Assembly (NCBI GenBank): GCA_904063045.1
Contig: CAJFCJ010000018.1
Location: forward strand, 62,001-126,000
Reading direction: 5' to 3'
Source of the DNA: Dimorphilus gyrociliatus
Lineage: Eukaryota; Animalia; Annelida
DNA: 64,000 nucleotides
Of the stretch, positions 26,430 through 39,834 are shown piece after piece. The position numbers were made by a program, and so were the translations under genes. Numbering within the stretch: the stretch's first letter is position 1; each line of letters opens with the position of its first letter. The notes beneath the pieces are model-generated. The model ran no database searches and was not told where the DNA came from. It saw nothing but the letters and a program-made list of their open reading frames with translations.

Positions 26430-28390
26430 CTAAACAAATATTGGAGTTCGGTTATCATCACCAAGCTGTTTCCGCTCTATTTTCTCAATTCGATGTTGTA
26501 AAATACTTTTCGTTTGAGCGTATTTATTTTTTATTTGAATTCTATATTCTAGCTCCTCTCTTTGAAGAATTTTCAAGAATGACTCCAGCTCAGGAATGGA
26601 AAAAGCGTCCCACTGTTTTACTTAAATATTACTATGTGTGTAATAAATTCAACTATCTCACCTGAATATCATTTGTATCGTTCTCCCGTAAAATAAAACT
26701 ACGTTTGTTTAGTCCATCAACTGACCAGTTTAGACATATAACTAGAGGATATTCATCATCTGATAATCTTCTTATAGAAGCTGCCAAAAATATCAATTAT
26801 ATAAATCATAATAGAAAGCCGTGACTCATTATTTTTATTGAATTCTTTACTATGTCTTATATTGTGAACTGACTGTCAAAATTCTTACCATGTCCCTCGC
26901 CCTGATCTATACTTTCGTATAAGGCGAATTTGCAGGGATTATCGATTATACGATATTTTTTCAAAAATTTTTTTATAACATCTCTCGTCCTCGTTTGGCT
27001 GTTAATCCGTATCACGAGACTTGTGCTTCGAGGGAGATGAAATGAAATTGTTTTTGTTGTGCTGTCTGTTTCACTTTCTGATTCTTCAGAATCGCTGAAA
27101 TTGGATTTCATTAATAGAAGAGTTAAGCACGAAGGTCGATAAAGCAATATAGTCGGAGTAATACGATAATGTTTCCATCTCATTTAAGACTTAATAGAAA
27201 AAAATATTTACGCTCTATTTACGAAATAGTCTTTTATTTTACCTCGATCGCTTTCCTCCTCTCAAGTGATTTTCCAAAATCATTTTAACCGGCCTAAACA
27301 AATTCAAATAAATTCTTATTGAACCTGAGAAACGATTATCATCCTCCTGCAATTTCAAGATTTTATAGACACTATTTATTCAATTTCAAATCTGATAAGA
27401 ATGACAAACCATGCTCATAGAAAGCCCATGCTGATTATTATTAAATATTTGAATTTGTGAATGAATATCATCACTTGTTAAAGTAGTTTTACTAGGGGAA
27501 GCGCTAAAAAGATCATTATCGTCCTCTTCAAAATGTTCCTCAATTCTTTCCTAAAACAAGCAGGTAAATTTGCTGAATTAAACCAGCACAAAAAGAATTC
27601 GCCACATGAAGGTCATATACTAAATTTACACTTATAAAAATAGCTAAGCCCACGTAAATAGTCTGATATAAAGCCAGTTAAGAGATATCAAGGTTAACTT
27701 ATTAATGTAAAAATCGTTAATGCGAATTAATTGCTCAGAATAGAAATAGAAGGAAAATGTGAAAATGCTAGCCGACATACTTTTTGCTCTGTTCCAAAGT
27801 TATGAGACCCTCCGTTGTGTTGACATTCGATTGCAATTTCACTTCGGCATTTATAATGGCAGACGTAATCGCAATCTGGAATTGAGTAACCTTACAAGCA
27901 CTCCTTATTAGAAAACAATAAGTCTTTATGGAAAGAAGAGTTATTTTTAAATTAATTAGTGCACTGACAGACTCAAAGAGGGTTCACATATGGCATAAAT
28001 ATGTTATTATATAAAAAAAAGAGTCTTACTATGGCATTTGAGGCAATCTTTATAAGCTCCCCAAATAAAATCCCCACACTGATCGCACCAAGTCGGTTTA
28101 TTTAATTGAGTTCTTTCAAAAGTATGCCCTCTATTCTCTTCCTTTTTTGGAATTTGACAATTGCTGAAATGTGATAATTCTATTTGCTCAACGAAAACGA
28201 AACCATCAATTTCTGATGGGCATCTTTCTACAGGTCTTTGCACTCTGTTGGCATTACTATCAGAACAAACAGGACTCTGAGATCGTTTAAGGAACGGTCC
28301 TAAATAACCATTTAATATCTGTAGAATGGATTTGGTCTTGTCACCATTTAGTTGAGATGTACTTGATTGTGGAGTTACTCTCTTTTCCAT
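26430..28390 (-). CDS. RASSF1/5-like: C-terminal RASSF (RASSF1/3/5-type) with C1, RA and SARAH domains
   Basis: C1: GHTFERTQLNKPTWCDQCGDFIWG..CLKCH|NCDYVCHYKC. RFSGSIRIYLNLFRPV. RA: SFHLPRS..INSQTRTRDVIKKFLKKYRIIDNPCKFALYE. FILRENDT|WDAFSIPELESFLKILQREE (SARAH). Stop at 26432-26430. Confidence 0.93.
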
Positions 28391-29231
28391 TACAATTTTT
28401 GTACTCTATCGTTTTAAGGTTATTTTACTACAACATGTGTGTAGAGTTTGTTGTTGATGATCCAAAATAGTCGTAAAGAAGCCTAGTACTTGAGAAACCA
28501 ATAGTTATTAAGAGAGTGATTCTCCTAAATAGATACTTACTTTGCTATGCGAATATCTTGTTAACTTATATCGATAATTACATTTTGAAATTACCAGAAA
28601 GGGTAAAAAGTGGAAAGATGCCCAAACCAAAAAATGACTCATTAGGGATTCCCACTGTAGTGCTATGTAGTCGATTTCTGCGACTCGATTCGATCTTATG
28701 CGATATGAGTAGAAAATTAATTTCAACGATTAGAATTAGCATTTGGAATTAAGTATTTAGACTAAAAAAGTAGAATAATTTTTTATGTATTCCAAAACTT
28801 GTCATTATTTTAGGACAAAATAAATCATTGATTGTTCATGACCACAAAGTAAGTAAACCTCACATAATTTATTTCTTAAAATGTCGATTTTGTATTATTC
28901 TTACACTAATTTCCTCGAAAAAATCTTTTATTTTCTAATGCCCAGGATATTCATGTCACTCAAACCAATAAAAGTAGCTGTTACATATTTTGATAGAGAT
29001 TTTTATCTCTTTTTGAATATTTTATTGATTTACAGAAAATAGATGTAAATTGCGGCTCTATTAGAGAGTTTAATTCTTTTAAATTTATTAGAAATGTATA
29101 TATGTATATGGAAATAAATATATTGTATTCTTGCTGATTTACACATTTTCAACACATAAAGAATCGATCATTTCGATCTGTTTCGATTCGATTTTCGAAT
29201 TCTAATCCTAACATACATACACTGCAGTACA

Positions 29232-29244
29232 GTGCATTATGGGA
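29232..29244 (-). promoter_or_regulatory. ZNF143/Staf-like site in the RASSF/SLC4 divergent intergenic region
   Basis: Reverse complement TCCCATAATGCAC matches the Staf/ZNF143 consensus CCCANAATGCA. Confidence 0.35.
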
Positions 29245-30798
29245 GTTGGTTCTTTTCCGGTGGAGTTGAATAGAAGATTTTAAGGTTATTTTATTTCAAA
29301 TTTAATATTTTTACGTAGTAACATCTAATTATTTCGCGTTTGCAATTTTGAACTAATGTAAATAACCGATTCTATCGAAAGTTATTGATAAAGTTGGCGA
29401 TTAGTAAATGCCCGGTCATTAAACTATTCGAACGTATATATACGTAAGTATAGCTGGCGCTTAGTTCAAGGGCTTTTCGACCTTCATCAGGAATATTTTT
29501 CGGTATTCTAAAACGACATCGTATGAACAATTTTCTTTATGAAAGAAGCTATATATTACCAATCAAAATTATAATAATAATAAACGTTTAAAAATAACTA
29601 CCCGTTTCCTTTGAAGGAGAATACTCTAGTTGATTAATTCAAAAAACTCCTTATTAAACTGTTGATGTTTATTTTAAAGCATGAACAATTTCACCTTTCC
29701 CTTAGAATATTAGGACACTTAAACGAAAATTTATGAACTTTTGAGAATAGTTTTTCTTCAATCATTGCACCAAAAACTTCAGCTTTAGAAGAATTATTTA
29801 GGATTTATTTAAAAATAAATGGAACTCAAAAGAATTTTAGTAGAGCCTTTCGGTTGAGTTAGGAATGTTTCATGAAAAGTATTGTGTTGTCAAGTATACA
29901 CGATTTTCACCTATAAATCGTGTAAAATCCGCAGAAATTAGACTGGTAGATAATTTTTTCGATTGATATTGATTTATATAGCGTCAAGATGTAAGCCTAT
30001 AGAGTCTTGTACGACCATGCAATGGTATTTGAAACTCCAGATCAATTAATCGTCTTGTCTACAACCGTTTATTTGTCGCTTTGTGTTTATTTATCAATCT
30101 AAAACCAATAAGACCTATAATGCAGGTGAAACACCGACATTGGCTAATTATAGATACTGTATAATGCATTTATTTCGATTTAGAAACAAGGCTTTTTACG
30201 TCAATCAGTGCGATGATTGGTTACAGGCCTATTTATGTACTCCTCTGCAATAGCTAACTTCCTAGTAGGCTAAAACAGATCCAATGTGAAAACGTCGCTG
30301 TTTCGGTTGGTAGGAAATGTTGTATTGATTTTGTTGTGAGGTTTTGAGTATCACGTGATATGAGACCTTGTTAAAATTTCCATTTATTGTGTAAAATCTC
30401 AGTCTTTCCCAATCCAAGAACAACAAAGAGACTTTGTTTTTTTCGCTCTCCCATATGTTTCGTAGATGTAAAGAAAAATGGGATAGTTTTCTGTTGCAGA
30501 GGACAACAGATATGTCAAAAAGAGAACAAGTAGATTTTATGATTAATGTCGACTATAGGACTTATAGAACATTCTTGATTGCATATCCTTTAAATCTGCG
30601 AAAATCATCTAAAAGCCAATTACCTTCTTTGTAATGCATTCAAAAACCAAGAGTGTTTATAATCTACTTGATGAAAAAGAGAATATATACAAATAAAGTT
30701 TCCTATTGAAACTTGATGCTTGATATTATTTCTGTGCCTGTTTGTAGCATTTTTATATCAATGATTCAAATTCAATTGTTATTTATTCTTTTAGGAAA

Positions 30799-30822
30799 AT
30801 GGATGATGACGACTTAATCTAA
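30799..30822 (+). other. In-frame uORF (MDDDDLI-stop) 9 nt before the SLC4 start codon
   Basis: ATG GAT GAT GAC GAC TTA ATC TAA TTA GAA ATA ATG(30832). Confidence 0.55.
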
Positions 30823-30831
30823 TTAGAAATA

Positions 30832-33800
30832 ATGGACGATACAAAAGGAGGTGCGAATAGTCCCGACGTGCCGGTCAAAGATCATGGTTCATTTAGTCAT
30901 GCACCCATAGAAGATCAGGACATTGCTGGTTTGTAATTTTAACATAACTCTAACGTCTATAAGTCCCATATATTTAAAAGTTTACTTGAGAATAAGATGC
31001 ATAAACTACCTGCTAGATGAGAACTCGCTGCTGAACATTTGCTAACACCTGTCTATTTCTTTCTCTTTAAATGCTGCTGACCTAAGGCAGCACATTTATT
31101 TTAATATAAATGACGTCGTATGGAAAATCAATGCTATTTTTAATGTCCTATTTTCTTGTTTTTCCTCAGCTCATCATACGGACAGATGGCAGCACCAAGC
31201 TATGTACACCAGTCTTCACTTCCCAAGGAATCGTGATAAAAGAAGACATAAGCATCATCGTCACAAAGGGTAGGTTAAGTGTGGTTACCATCTATATAAT
31301 AGAGAAAAGTTAAAATGAAATTGTTGCAGACCATCATCAAGCAAGAAACGGGAAGAGACTGATAAAAACCAAAGCAATGCAAACAAACCCCGTTCGTATA
31401 ACTTTTTATCGACTCTTTTCCTTATAAACACTAGTTTTTGAGTTACTCGTGCTATATTCTGTATGTGACGCTGACTTTGCAGAGGAAGAAGAATTGAAAG
31501 AAGGTTCAGTTCGCTTTCGGTTTACATAACTGCGTGTTATATTCGCATGTTACTTGTTTCTATGGTATTAATATACTATATATATATATGTATGCAAGAA
31601 GTCCATAACATCTGGTTGATTAAATGAAACAAGGGCTTTCACCTCAGAGCTTTGAGAGCTAATTTCAATCATCGTTTAAAAGTTTCCTAACTATCATGCT
31701 AAATATCTCGGATCGTTTTAAACCAATAATCATATTAGAAAGATCACAGCTTATTCAAGAGATCTTTCAGTTTTGATAATTTAACTGAATAAGAGTGTCT
31801 TGTTAAATATTTGTTTATAGTGAAATTTATATTAAACTATAATCTACTATAGTAGACCTTTTGATAACTTACAGATATACTTATTGTATAAAACCAAAAA
31901 GTGGAAAAAAACTAGTTACCGAGTGAAAAATTTTGTGGCTTTTTTTATTGCATGGCATCGTTGAACTTTTTAGTATAATAGATGCAACAGATTGAATAGT
32001 TTTGCTTATTACTTACAGCAACACCACCAGCTCAAAAAGTCCAATTTATAATTGGTGAAAACTACGAGGATGAAGATCACAGACCTCATGATATTTTTTG
32101 TGAGATGGATGAACTTAGAGGAGTTGAGGGGGAAAGAGAATGGAAAGAAACAGCCAGATGGATTAAATTTGAGGAAGATGTAGAGGAAGGCGCTGAGAAA
32201 TGGTCTAAACCCCATGTAGCCACTCTATCTTTGCACTCCTTGTTCGAGTTAAGAAAACAAATAACCTCTGGAACAATTTTATTAGACATTTCGGGAGAGA
32301 ATCTAAAAGATGTTATACAACTAGTATTGGAGTCCATGGTAAATAATGACTTGGATCCTAGCCAGAAACAGGCGGTTTTTGATGTATTAATGAGCCGACA
32401 TAAGCATCAACACGAAACTAATTCCGGAATTCCTATAATACGTTCACTTGCTGATATAGGAAAGAAGCATTCCGAAAAGAAATTAGATGATAAAGGTATG
32501 CAAATTTTACATTCGCTTTATGGCATATAGGCTTTCAAAAATCATTAGACGGGGAAAAACATCTTGGAGATGAACCGCAAAATGGTGGTCACACAGGTTT
32601 GTTGTACATTGCATGTTGTCTTTCGCGCATGACCAAGAAGTGTCCACAATTACTGTTACTTCAAAACAAAAAAACTAATAATTATAAGGTAGCACTATAT
32701 GTGCATGGAGTGTTCAATGTTTTCTCTTAAAGATAAATTACTTGTTGTTTTTTACTGCACTTACACAATTAATAATAAAAGATTTTAAAAAACACCTTAC
32801 TCATCAGATTCATCGTGTCATTTGGCTACCGGAAGAGAGGGTGATCTTCCTCACGCAACATCGACATCTAGCCACAAGGTAATGAATCTTACCTTCGAGA
32901 TCTTTTAGTTTATTAAAACGAATTATTTAAAAGTAAAACTATGCAAAGAATGTTTAAAATGAAAATTTGATTTCAGGCCAATGCCCATTTTATGAAGAAA
33001 ATACCTCCAGGATCTGAGGCTTCTAACATTCTTGTTGGAGAAGTTGAATTTCTAAAGAGCACAATTATCGCCTTCGTTCGATTGTCAAAAGCTGTCTTGC
33101 TAGGAGACCTGACGGAGGTTCCCTTACCGACTCGATTCTTATTTATCTTGCTTGGTCCTGAAGGAAACCAGTCAGACTATCATGAAATTGGTCGTTCTAT
33201 AGCTACACTTATGTCTGATGAAATCTTTCATGACGTAGCGTACAAAGCAAGATGTCGGGAGGATCTGTTAGCTGGAATTGATGAATTTTTAGATCAAGTA
33301 ACAGTTTTACCTCCTGGCGAATGGGATCCCAAAATACGCATTGAACCACCAAAAAGTATACCTTCTCAACAAGGTCGAAAAGGTCAATTACCTAATGGAG
33401 CAACAAGCCAAGGAGATGATGAAGACGAAAGCCATACCGATCCCAGCTTAATGAGAACGGGGAGATTGTTTGGAGGATTGATAGCGGATGTGAGACGTAA
33501 AACCCCGTTGTTCGTGAGCGATTTCAAAGATTGCCTGCATATACAATGTATAGCTTCATTTTTGTTTATGTATTTCGCTTGTTTGGCACCAATTATTACT
33601 TTTGGAGGGCTACTAGGCCAAGCAACGCATAGTAATATTGTAAGCAACCCTCTCCCAAACTCTTAGTTATCACAATTTTTTCAATAAACATTTTTTGTGG
33701 TTATACAGGCAGTAATGGAGAGTATTTTGGCAGCTGCAGTATGTGGAATAACTTATCACCTGTGCTCTGGTCAGCCCTTAACAGTAATAGGATCTACAGG

Positions 33801-36146
33801 ACCTGTTCTGATATTTGAAACAGTGGCGTTTACGCTTTGCCAGTAGGTTCAAAATCGAAATTTGAAAAATTTAACTATAAATATTGCATAAACAGGCAAT
33901 GGGGTCTACACTATCTAAGCTTTAGATTTTGGATTGGTTTGTGGTCCTGTCTTTTCCTGTTGATAATCGTGATGTTTGATCTATCTGCTCTCGTTCGATA
34001 TATTACTAGATTTACTGAAGAATCTTTTGCTGCTCTTATTGCTGCAATTTTCGTCTATGAAGCATTTCATAAAGCCATAAACATCCATTCGGAGTATCCC
34101 GTAAATTATGACTCTATTAATCGGTTATGCGAATGCAATTTGGCGGAAAATATAAGTAGGAAAAACAACAGCCAAAAGTTGATATCGAATTTTGAATCTG
34201 GTTATCTGAAGAACAACTCGCTGGCAACCTATGACGAGCTATGTAAAACACTAAACGGAACTCTAGTTGGGCCTGGATGTAAATCCACAGATAATATATT
34301 CTTTTTTTCAATTATATTGTTTGTTGGAACATTCGTAATAGCGATTACTTTGAAGAACGTGAGAAATACAAGATTTTTCCCAACGAAAATTCGCTCGATT
34401 TTAAGTGACTTTAGTGTCATGATTGCTATTGTATCCTTCTGTTGTCTTGATATATATATGTCATTGGACACGCCAAAGTTAGTGGTACCACCTACTTTTA
34501 AACCAACGCGAAATGACAGAAATTGGTTTATTCATCCTTTCTCTGGAAATCCATGGTGGACGTCCCTGGCAGCAATTGGCCCGGCTTTACTAGCTACAAT
34601 TTTAATATTTATGGATCAACAAATTACAGGCGTTATTGTAAATCGAAAAGAAAATAAATTGGTTAAAGGTGGTGGATATCACTTAGATTTATTCGTTATT
34701 GCTATTCAAATTGGCTTATGTTCGATTATGGGTTTGCCATGGTTTGTCGCAGCTACAGTCTTGTCAATAAATCATGTACGTAGCTTAAGTAAAGAATCGA
34801 AATGTTCAGCTCCAGGAGAGAGACCAAAATATATAGGGGTAAGAGAGCAGAGGGTAACTGGTATTATAGTATTTTTGTTAATTGGATTGTCAGTACTTAT
34901 GACACCTATTTTATTATATGTTCCCATGCCTGTACTCTATGGAGTTTTTCTTTATATGGGTGTATCATCTCTTAAAGGAGTACAATTGGTTCAAAGAATA
35001 ATGATAATTTTTATGCCTCCTAAGTACCAGCCAGATTATATGTTTTTGCGAAAGGTTCCTCTATGGAGAGTTCATTTTTTCACTCTCATCCAAATCATTT
35101 GCTTTGTTTTGCTCTGGGTTATAAAGAAAACACGTTTTTTGGCAATTACTTTTCCCCTTATGGTCATGGCGATGTGCTTCATTAGAAAGTTGCTGGATTA
35201 TGTCTTCACAAGACATGAGCTAATTTGGCTCGATGACATAATGCCAGAAAGTCACAAACGTGAGAAAGAAGACCAGAAAAGAGAACAGGTATGTTACAAA
35301 AATTGATTAGTTGACATAACATGAAAAGTTAAAACATACCAGGAAATAATACAATGTAGTAAGGTGACTTTACCTAGTGAAACAAGAGATTTGATTCATG
35401 CTGAGCTAGAAAGAAATGTATTAGATAAGAAACACAAAAATACTTCAGCAACTCTTTCATCAACTAACAATGAGGTCTTATTTAGTTAAATAATTTCATA
35501 AGAAAAATCTAATATTCAACATATAGCTATTAAATGTGTTTTAAACTCAACTATGAATGCAATTTCCCAGATTAAGCAGTCGCACTCTAAATTACTAAAG
35601 TATAACGTGTTGCCAAACTTTTCACCTATGAAATATAATTTAAAACAAAGCCATAGGGAGACATCCTCTGAAATATCAAAATCTATAACAAACATGTTTA
35701 ACTTTGAATTATCCACTGAAGGAGACTCCAATGAAACATATTTATCACGGTTTTTTTTTTAAGCATAGCTCAGCACCAAGAATGTATACTAAAAAGTGCT
35801 CCATTACAATTTCAGATTGAAATGAGCTGCGCTCCAGAAGCATCATCTTACGCAGAAAAAGCTACTTTTGATACCAATCCGGTTTGTCTGTCATGTTGCT
35901 TTTCGTTAGTTGTATTTTTATTTCCTATTATAGATCGAAGAAAACACGGAATCATGGAAGCCAGTATCTGAGGATCCGGCTGATAGGGCTACTGTTGTGG
36001 GAACGTTTCGCAAACGAGTTTCTTTGAAAGAAAAGAGACCTCAAACGAAACCATCAGGAGACGACCCGGAAGCCCAAAAATTAATCGACACCCCCTCAAT
36101 TATCGTCAATGCACCAGATTCTGGAAATGATCCTGTTCCCGTTTGA
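30832..36146 (+). CDS. SLC4A8/10-like: Na+-coupled bicarbonate transporter (SLC4A7/8/10, NDAE1-like)
   Basis: [138 protein letters not shown]. The last exon ends ...NDPVPV, stop 36144-36146. The C-terminal exon arrangement is uncertain. Confidence 0.95.
31483..31503 (+). other. Candidate 21-nt frame-preserving microexon of SLC4
   Basis: gctgactttgcag|AGGAAGAAGAATTGAAAGAAG|gttcag, phase 1 to phase 1 within the intron preceding the TPPAQKVQF exon. It would insert QEEELKE. Confidence 0.5.
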
Positions 36147-37310
36147 AAACGCAAATATTAGTACATTTATATTAAAAATTTTGAAAGTCTTCTCTCGTTA
36201 ATATTATGAGATATATATTTTTACCCATTTTTGTCTCTTGGCTTTGTGGATCTGTTTTCCAATCTCACTTTCTTCTTTCTATAATTATTTTTGGTGGAGT
36301 ATTTTATTTTGCTGTAATTCGAGTCTCATAATATGGTATTCTTTAAAAAGCAATTTGTCTCAAAATTTCTATGTCATTACTATGTCTCTATTGTTACAAA
36401 GTTATTTTATTGCTATTTTCTATCCTCTTTTAACGGATTATGTCTAAGAATATGGTCCCTAATTCAAAACCTTTAGTTGCTTTTGCTGTCTCAAAAAGTT
36501 TTATCTGATATTCTGTTAGTTATTGATTGCGTTTTCGCTTTATTTTTAAATTTAGTGTTATTTTGTTCAAGTAGGTAATGACTGTACATAAAAACTATTA
36601 AGTATACACATATATATATATAAATATATATGTTTGCTTATCACTATCACAAGTAGTCTACAAGATACCTTTAAGAGAATCTCCGTCAGCAAGCAAAGAT
36701 ATTTAGCTAAAGAAAAGATGCACTTTTGTGTGACAGTTAATCCTGTATTTTATTGTACTTATACAAAAGAAAGTTTAAGTGTTTTTATATTGAATGGAAA
36801 TTATTTAGGCGATATCGCGCTCTGGTGTAAAAGGTATGTTGATAAATATTGTGAATGATTTATTTGTTGATTATAGATCATGCGTTATACACCATAAACT
36901 TTATTTTTCATGGCATTAGGCACTGTCTAATATGTCATTGAGGTCTGTCTGTTGACCTGATATCGTGCAGTGTTTGTTCGCGTTATTATGCTACGTTACT
37001 TGTTTTTGCTCTTTGCTCTACTTGTTGCCATTTTGAGTTAGGATGGTGAATGTTGATTGTGTATTCAAAAATATATAATGAAATCGGGGATGCGCCTGCA
37101 TATATTAAACGTATATAAATGTATACATTAGACATTGTTTGCTGAAAAGAATTTCAAAAATACAATTTTGCCCTAGTGGTTGGACACAAGAAATTTCTAT
37201 TTTATTGTAATTAATTAGCTAGTTATATACAGTATACTTTAAGTTCATCTTTATGAATTAAGTCAATTAAATAATTTATTCAATAGTCCAATATGAAAGA
37301 ATCTTCGAAA

Positions 37311-39635
37311 CTATTTTCGTCTTTTAGCCAATCGAGTTGTTTGGAGTAAATTATATTTAATGTATTTTACTTTCTTGCTCGTTAAAAATGGGACATAAAG
37401 AGCCCGAAAAAGTGATGATGATCCAGAAGAGAAGAGAAAATCGCCTGAGTACAATACTTTCCATTGCTTCGTCTGTAATGAGTATCTTGGTTCTAATTTG
37501 CTCTCGGTTGGTACATCTAGATCAACCAAGTAGTGGCATTTTGAAACATTGATCTGAAAGAGTTGAATAAACTCTCTAATTTTTAATACATTAAGAAAAT
37601 TATTAACGTACGTATCTAGTAGGTTCTTCTAAATTCATATCATTCATATGACTTGGTATGGAGCTAGTAGGATTCTCAGATTCAAAATATTTAGGTAATT
37701 GTCCCTTAAATTCTGACTTGACAAACATTAATTTCCAATTTTCTGGTAAAAAGAAAGATGAAGGAAACCTATACCATTCTTTTCCAACGCACAAGTTGAC
37801 TTGAACATACGATGATAAAGGATGAAGACTAGAATTATGAGCAACTTTCATTAAATCTCCATAAACATGTAACGGAGCTTGATAATTTTTGTATAATGCA
37901 AAACATCTTGAAACACTTCCGCTAGCGTGTAACATTAATAGGCCAATAACGAACCATTTATTTAGGATATACTGTGTATAATGAATAGCTTTTCGTCCAT
38001 ATTTAGCCCATGAAATCAATCTTTGCAAATGATCAATGCAAATGGCAGCAGAAAGACAAATTAAAGTGTATATGGGAAAGAGAAATCTCTCTTCTTTGTG
38101 AGGTTGCAAAATGAAAACAGTTAGCCATAAATAAAAAGGTGCTAAACAAAAACATAACACAGCCGTAACATTACGGTTGGTATCATCAGCTGAGACTATC
38201 AATTTGGAGAAAAACTGCAAAAATAAATTTGATATATTACAAATAGTAAAAATATAATTTATTATACTAGCTTACCAATATTGGCAGTGATATAATTGCT
38301 AATGGGAATGCTATGTTAAAATTTAAGAATCCATTTATTATATAATAATACCAAGGTTCTACACCTATTGAATTGCAAAAGTTTATAAGAGCAATAAGCA
38401 ATAATAAGTTATTAAAAGTTTACCATATAAATCTGGCCCATGCTCTGTAAATATGTTATAGAGAACAATATTTAACGGCGCAACAACCCATTTTCCGTAA
38501 AAGTGCGAATCTATCAATATTACAGGAACCTAATAAATTCATTAAAAAACGTAAATTATAGTCTTTATTTTTAAAGTATATTACCAAAAAGAAAAGTCCT
38601 GATATTATAGTCCATTGAACGAAATATAATATTCTTTTTCTTCGAATTACGATATCTATTGCTATTCCAACACCCAACAAGGCTGCAAATGGCCATGCTA
38701 CGATTGCAGAAACAGCTATAGCAAAAATAGATAATTGATTCTGATTTTGTAGCCATGCTGCAATTGCCACCGATGTCAAGTACATTGAAAAGCTTGAAGG
38801 AAGTAGAGCTGTTGAGGAAATAAACATTCCAGGAGAAAATACTAACAAAGAAAGGAGAATCCGTCCTGTATTTGCTCCAAACCGTTTGCTTACAGCTCTA
38901 AAAAATTTAAATTAAATTGTACTTTTGCAGATTTTGTCTAAATATTATGCTCACTTATATAAATATATATCGCATAAACTACAAAAGAGTGCCAAAGTGC
39001 AACGAAGGAAGTAAAAGTGTAGAACCTAAACAGTTTTTTGAAATAGATTAAGTATTTTATTGGTAAATATCAAAAGAAATGAACATACCTTCTGAAATGA
39101 AGACAGGAACAAATTATAAAACTTTACCGGTATAAAGTGTAACCAGATGTATGAATATGATCTTAACGCATAGACAGGTGAATATTCCCATGTTTGAAGA
39201 CCTTTTCCGTAAATCAATAAATGTAACTGTGTAAGAACAAGGCTAGAAAATAGATTTTTCTGCAATATAATATCTAACCGGTTCCCAGTAATTAAAAGTC
39301 TCGTCACAATCAGATATATTACTCCATATCGCCGCACATAACCTAGCAGATAACAACAATTTAAAGGCTGTAAATCCAACAGGGGTCCAAACACGAGCCG
39401 TTTCTACTCTTTTATTAGTACTCTCAAGTAAAGTTTCATTCCTGAAAAGAATACCTCATTATCGCTCGACAGAAAGTACTTAATCTTTTTAATCATTTAG
39501 CGAAGAGTTGAACAATCATAAGTTCAGTTCGATTTCCCCAATTATAATTCTACTATATAAGTCGCATCATATTACAAATTAAAAAAAAAAAGTTTACTCG
39601 GCTTTAGGTTTGCTTTTCACACCGCGGCTGGCCAT
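37311..39635 (-). CDS. ALG9: Alpha-1,2-mannosyltransferase ALG9
   Basis: Exon 39635-39598 (MASRGVKSKPKA), then AFKLLLSARLCAAIWSNISDCDETFNYWEP, GKGLQTWEYSPVYALRSY, QPHKEERFLFPIY, VCVGKEWYRFPSSFFLP, FVKSEFKGQLPK, FRALYVPFL. Stop at 37313-37311. Confidence 0.96.
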
Positions 39636-39834
39636 TTAGCTTAGATTGTTATTAGTTATTTTCGTACTATTGTAAAATTCAACAAAAAATTTCTTTGTTG
39701 TTGAAATAAAAATATTCAGTTCTTAAAAGTGATGAAAGATTATTATTAGAAAATCAGACCAGAAACAAAGGTCGCCAAGGTCACGAGAAGGACGTCGATA
39801 GGCAGATCTTGAGGTCGAGGATAAAACCGGAAAG

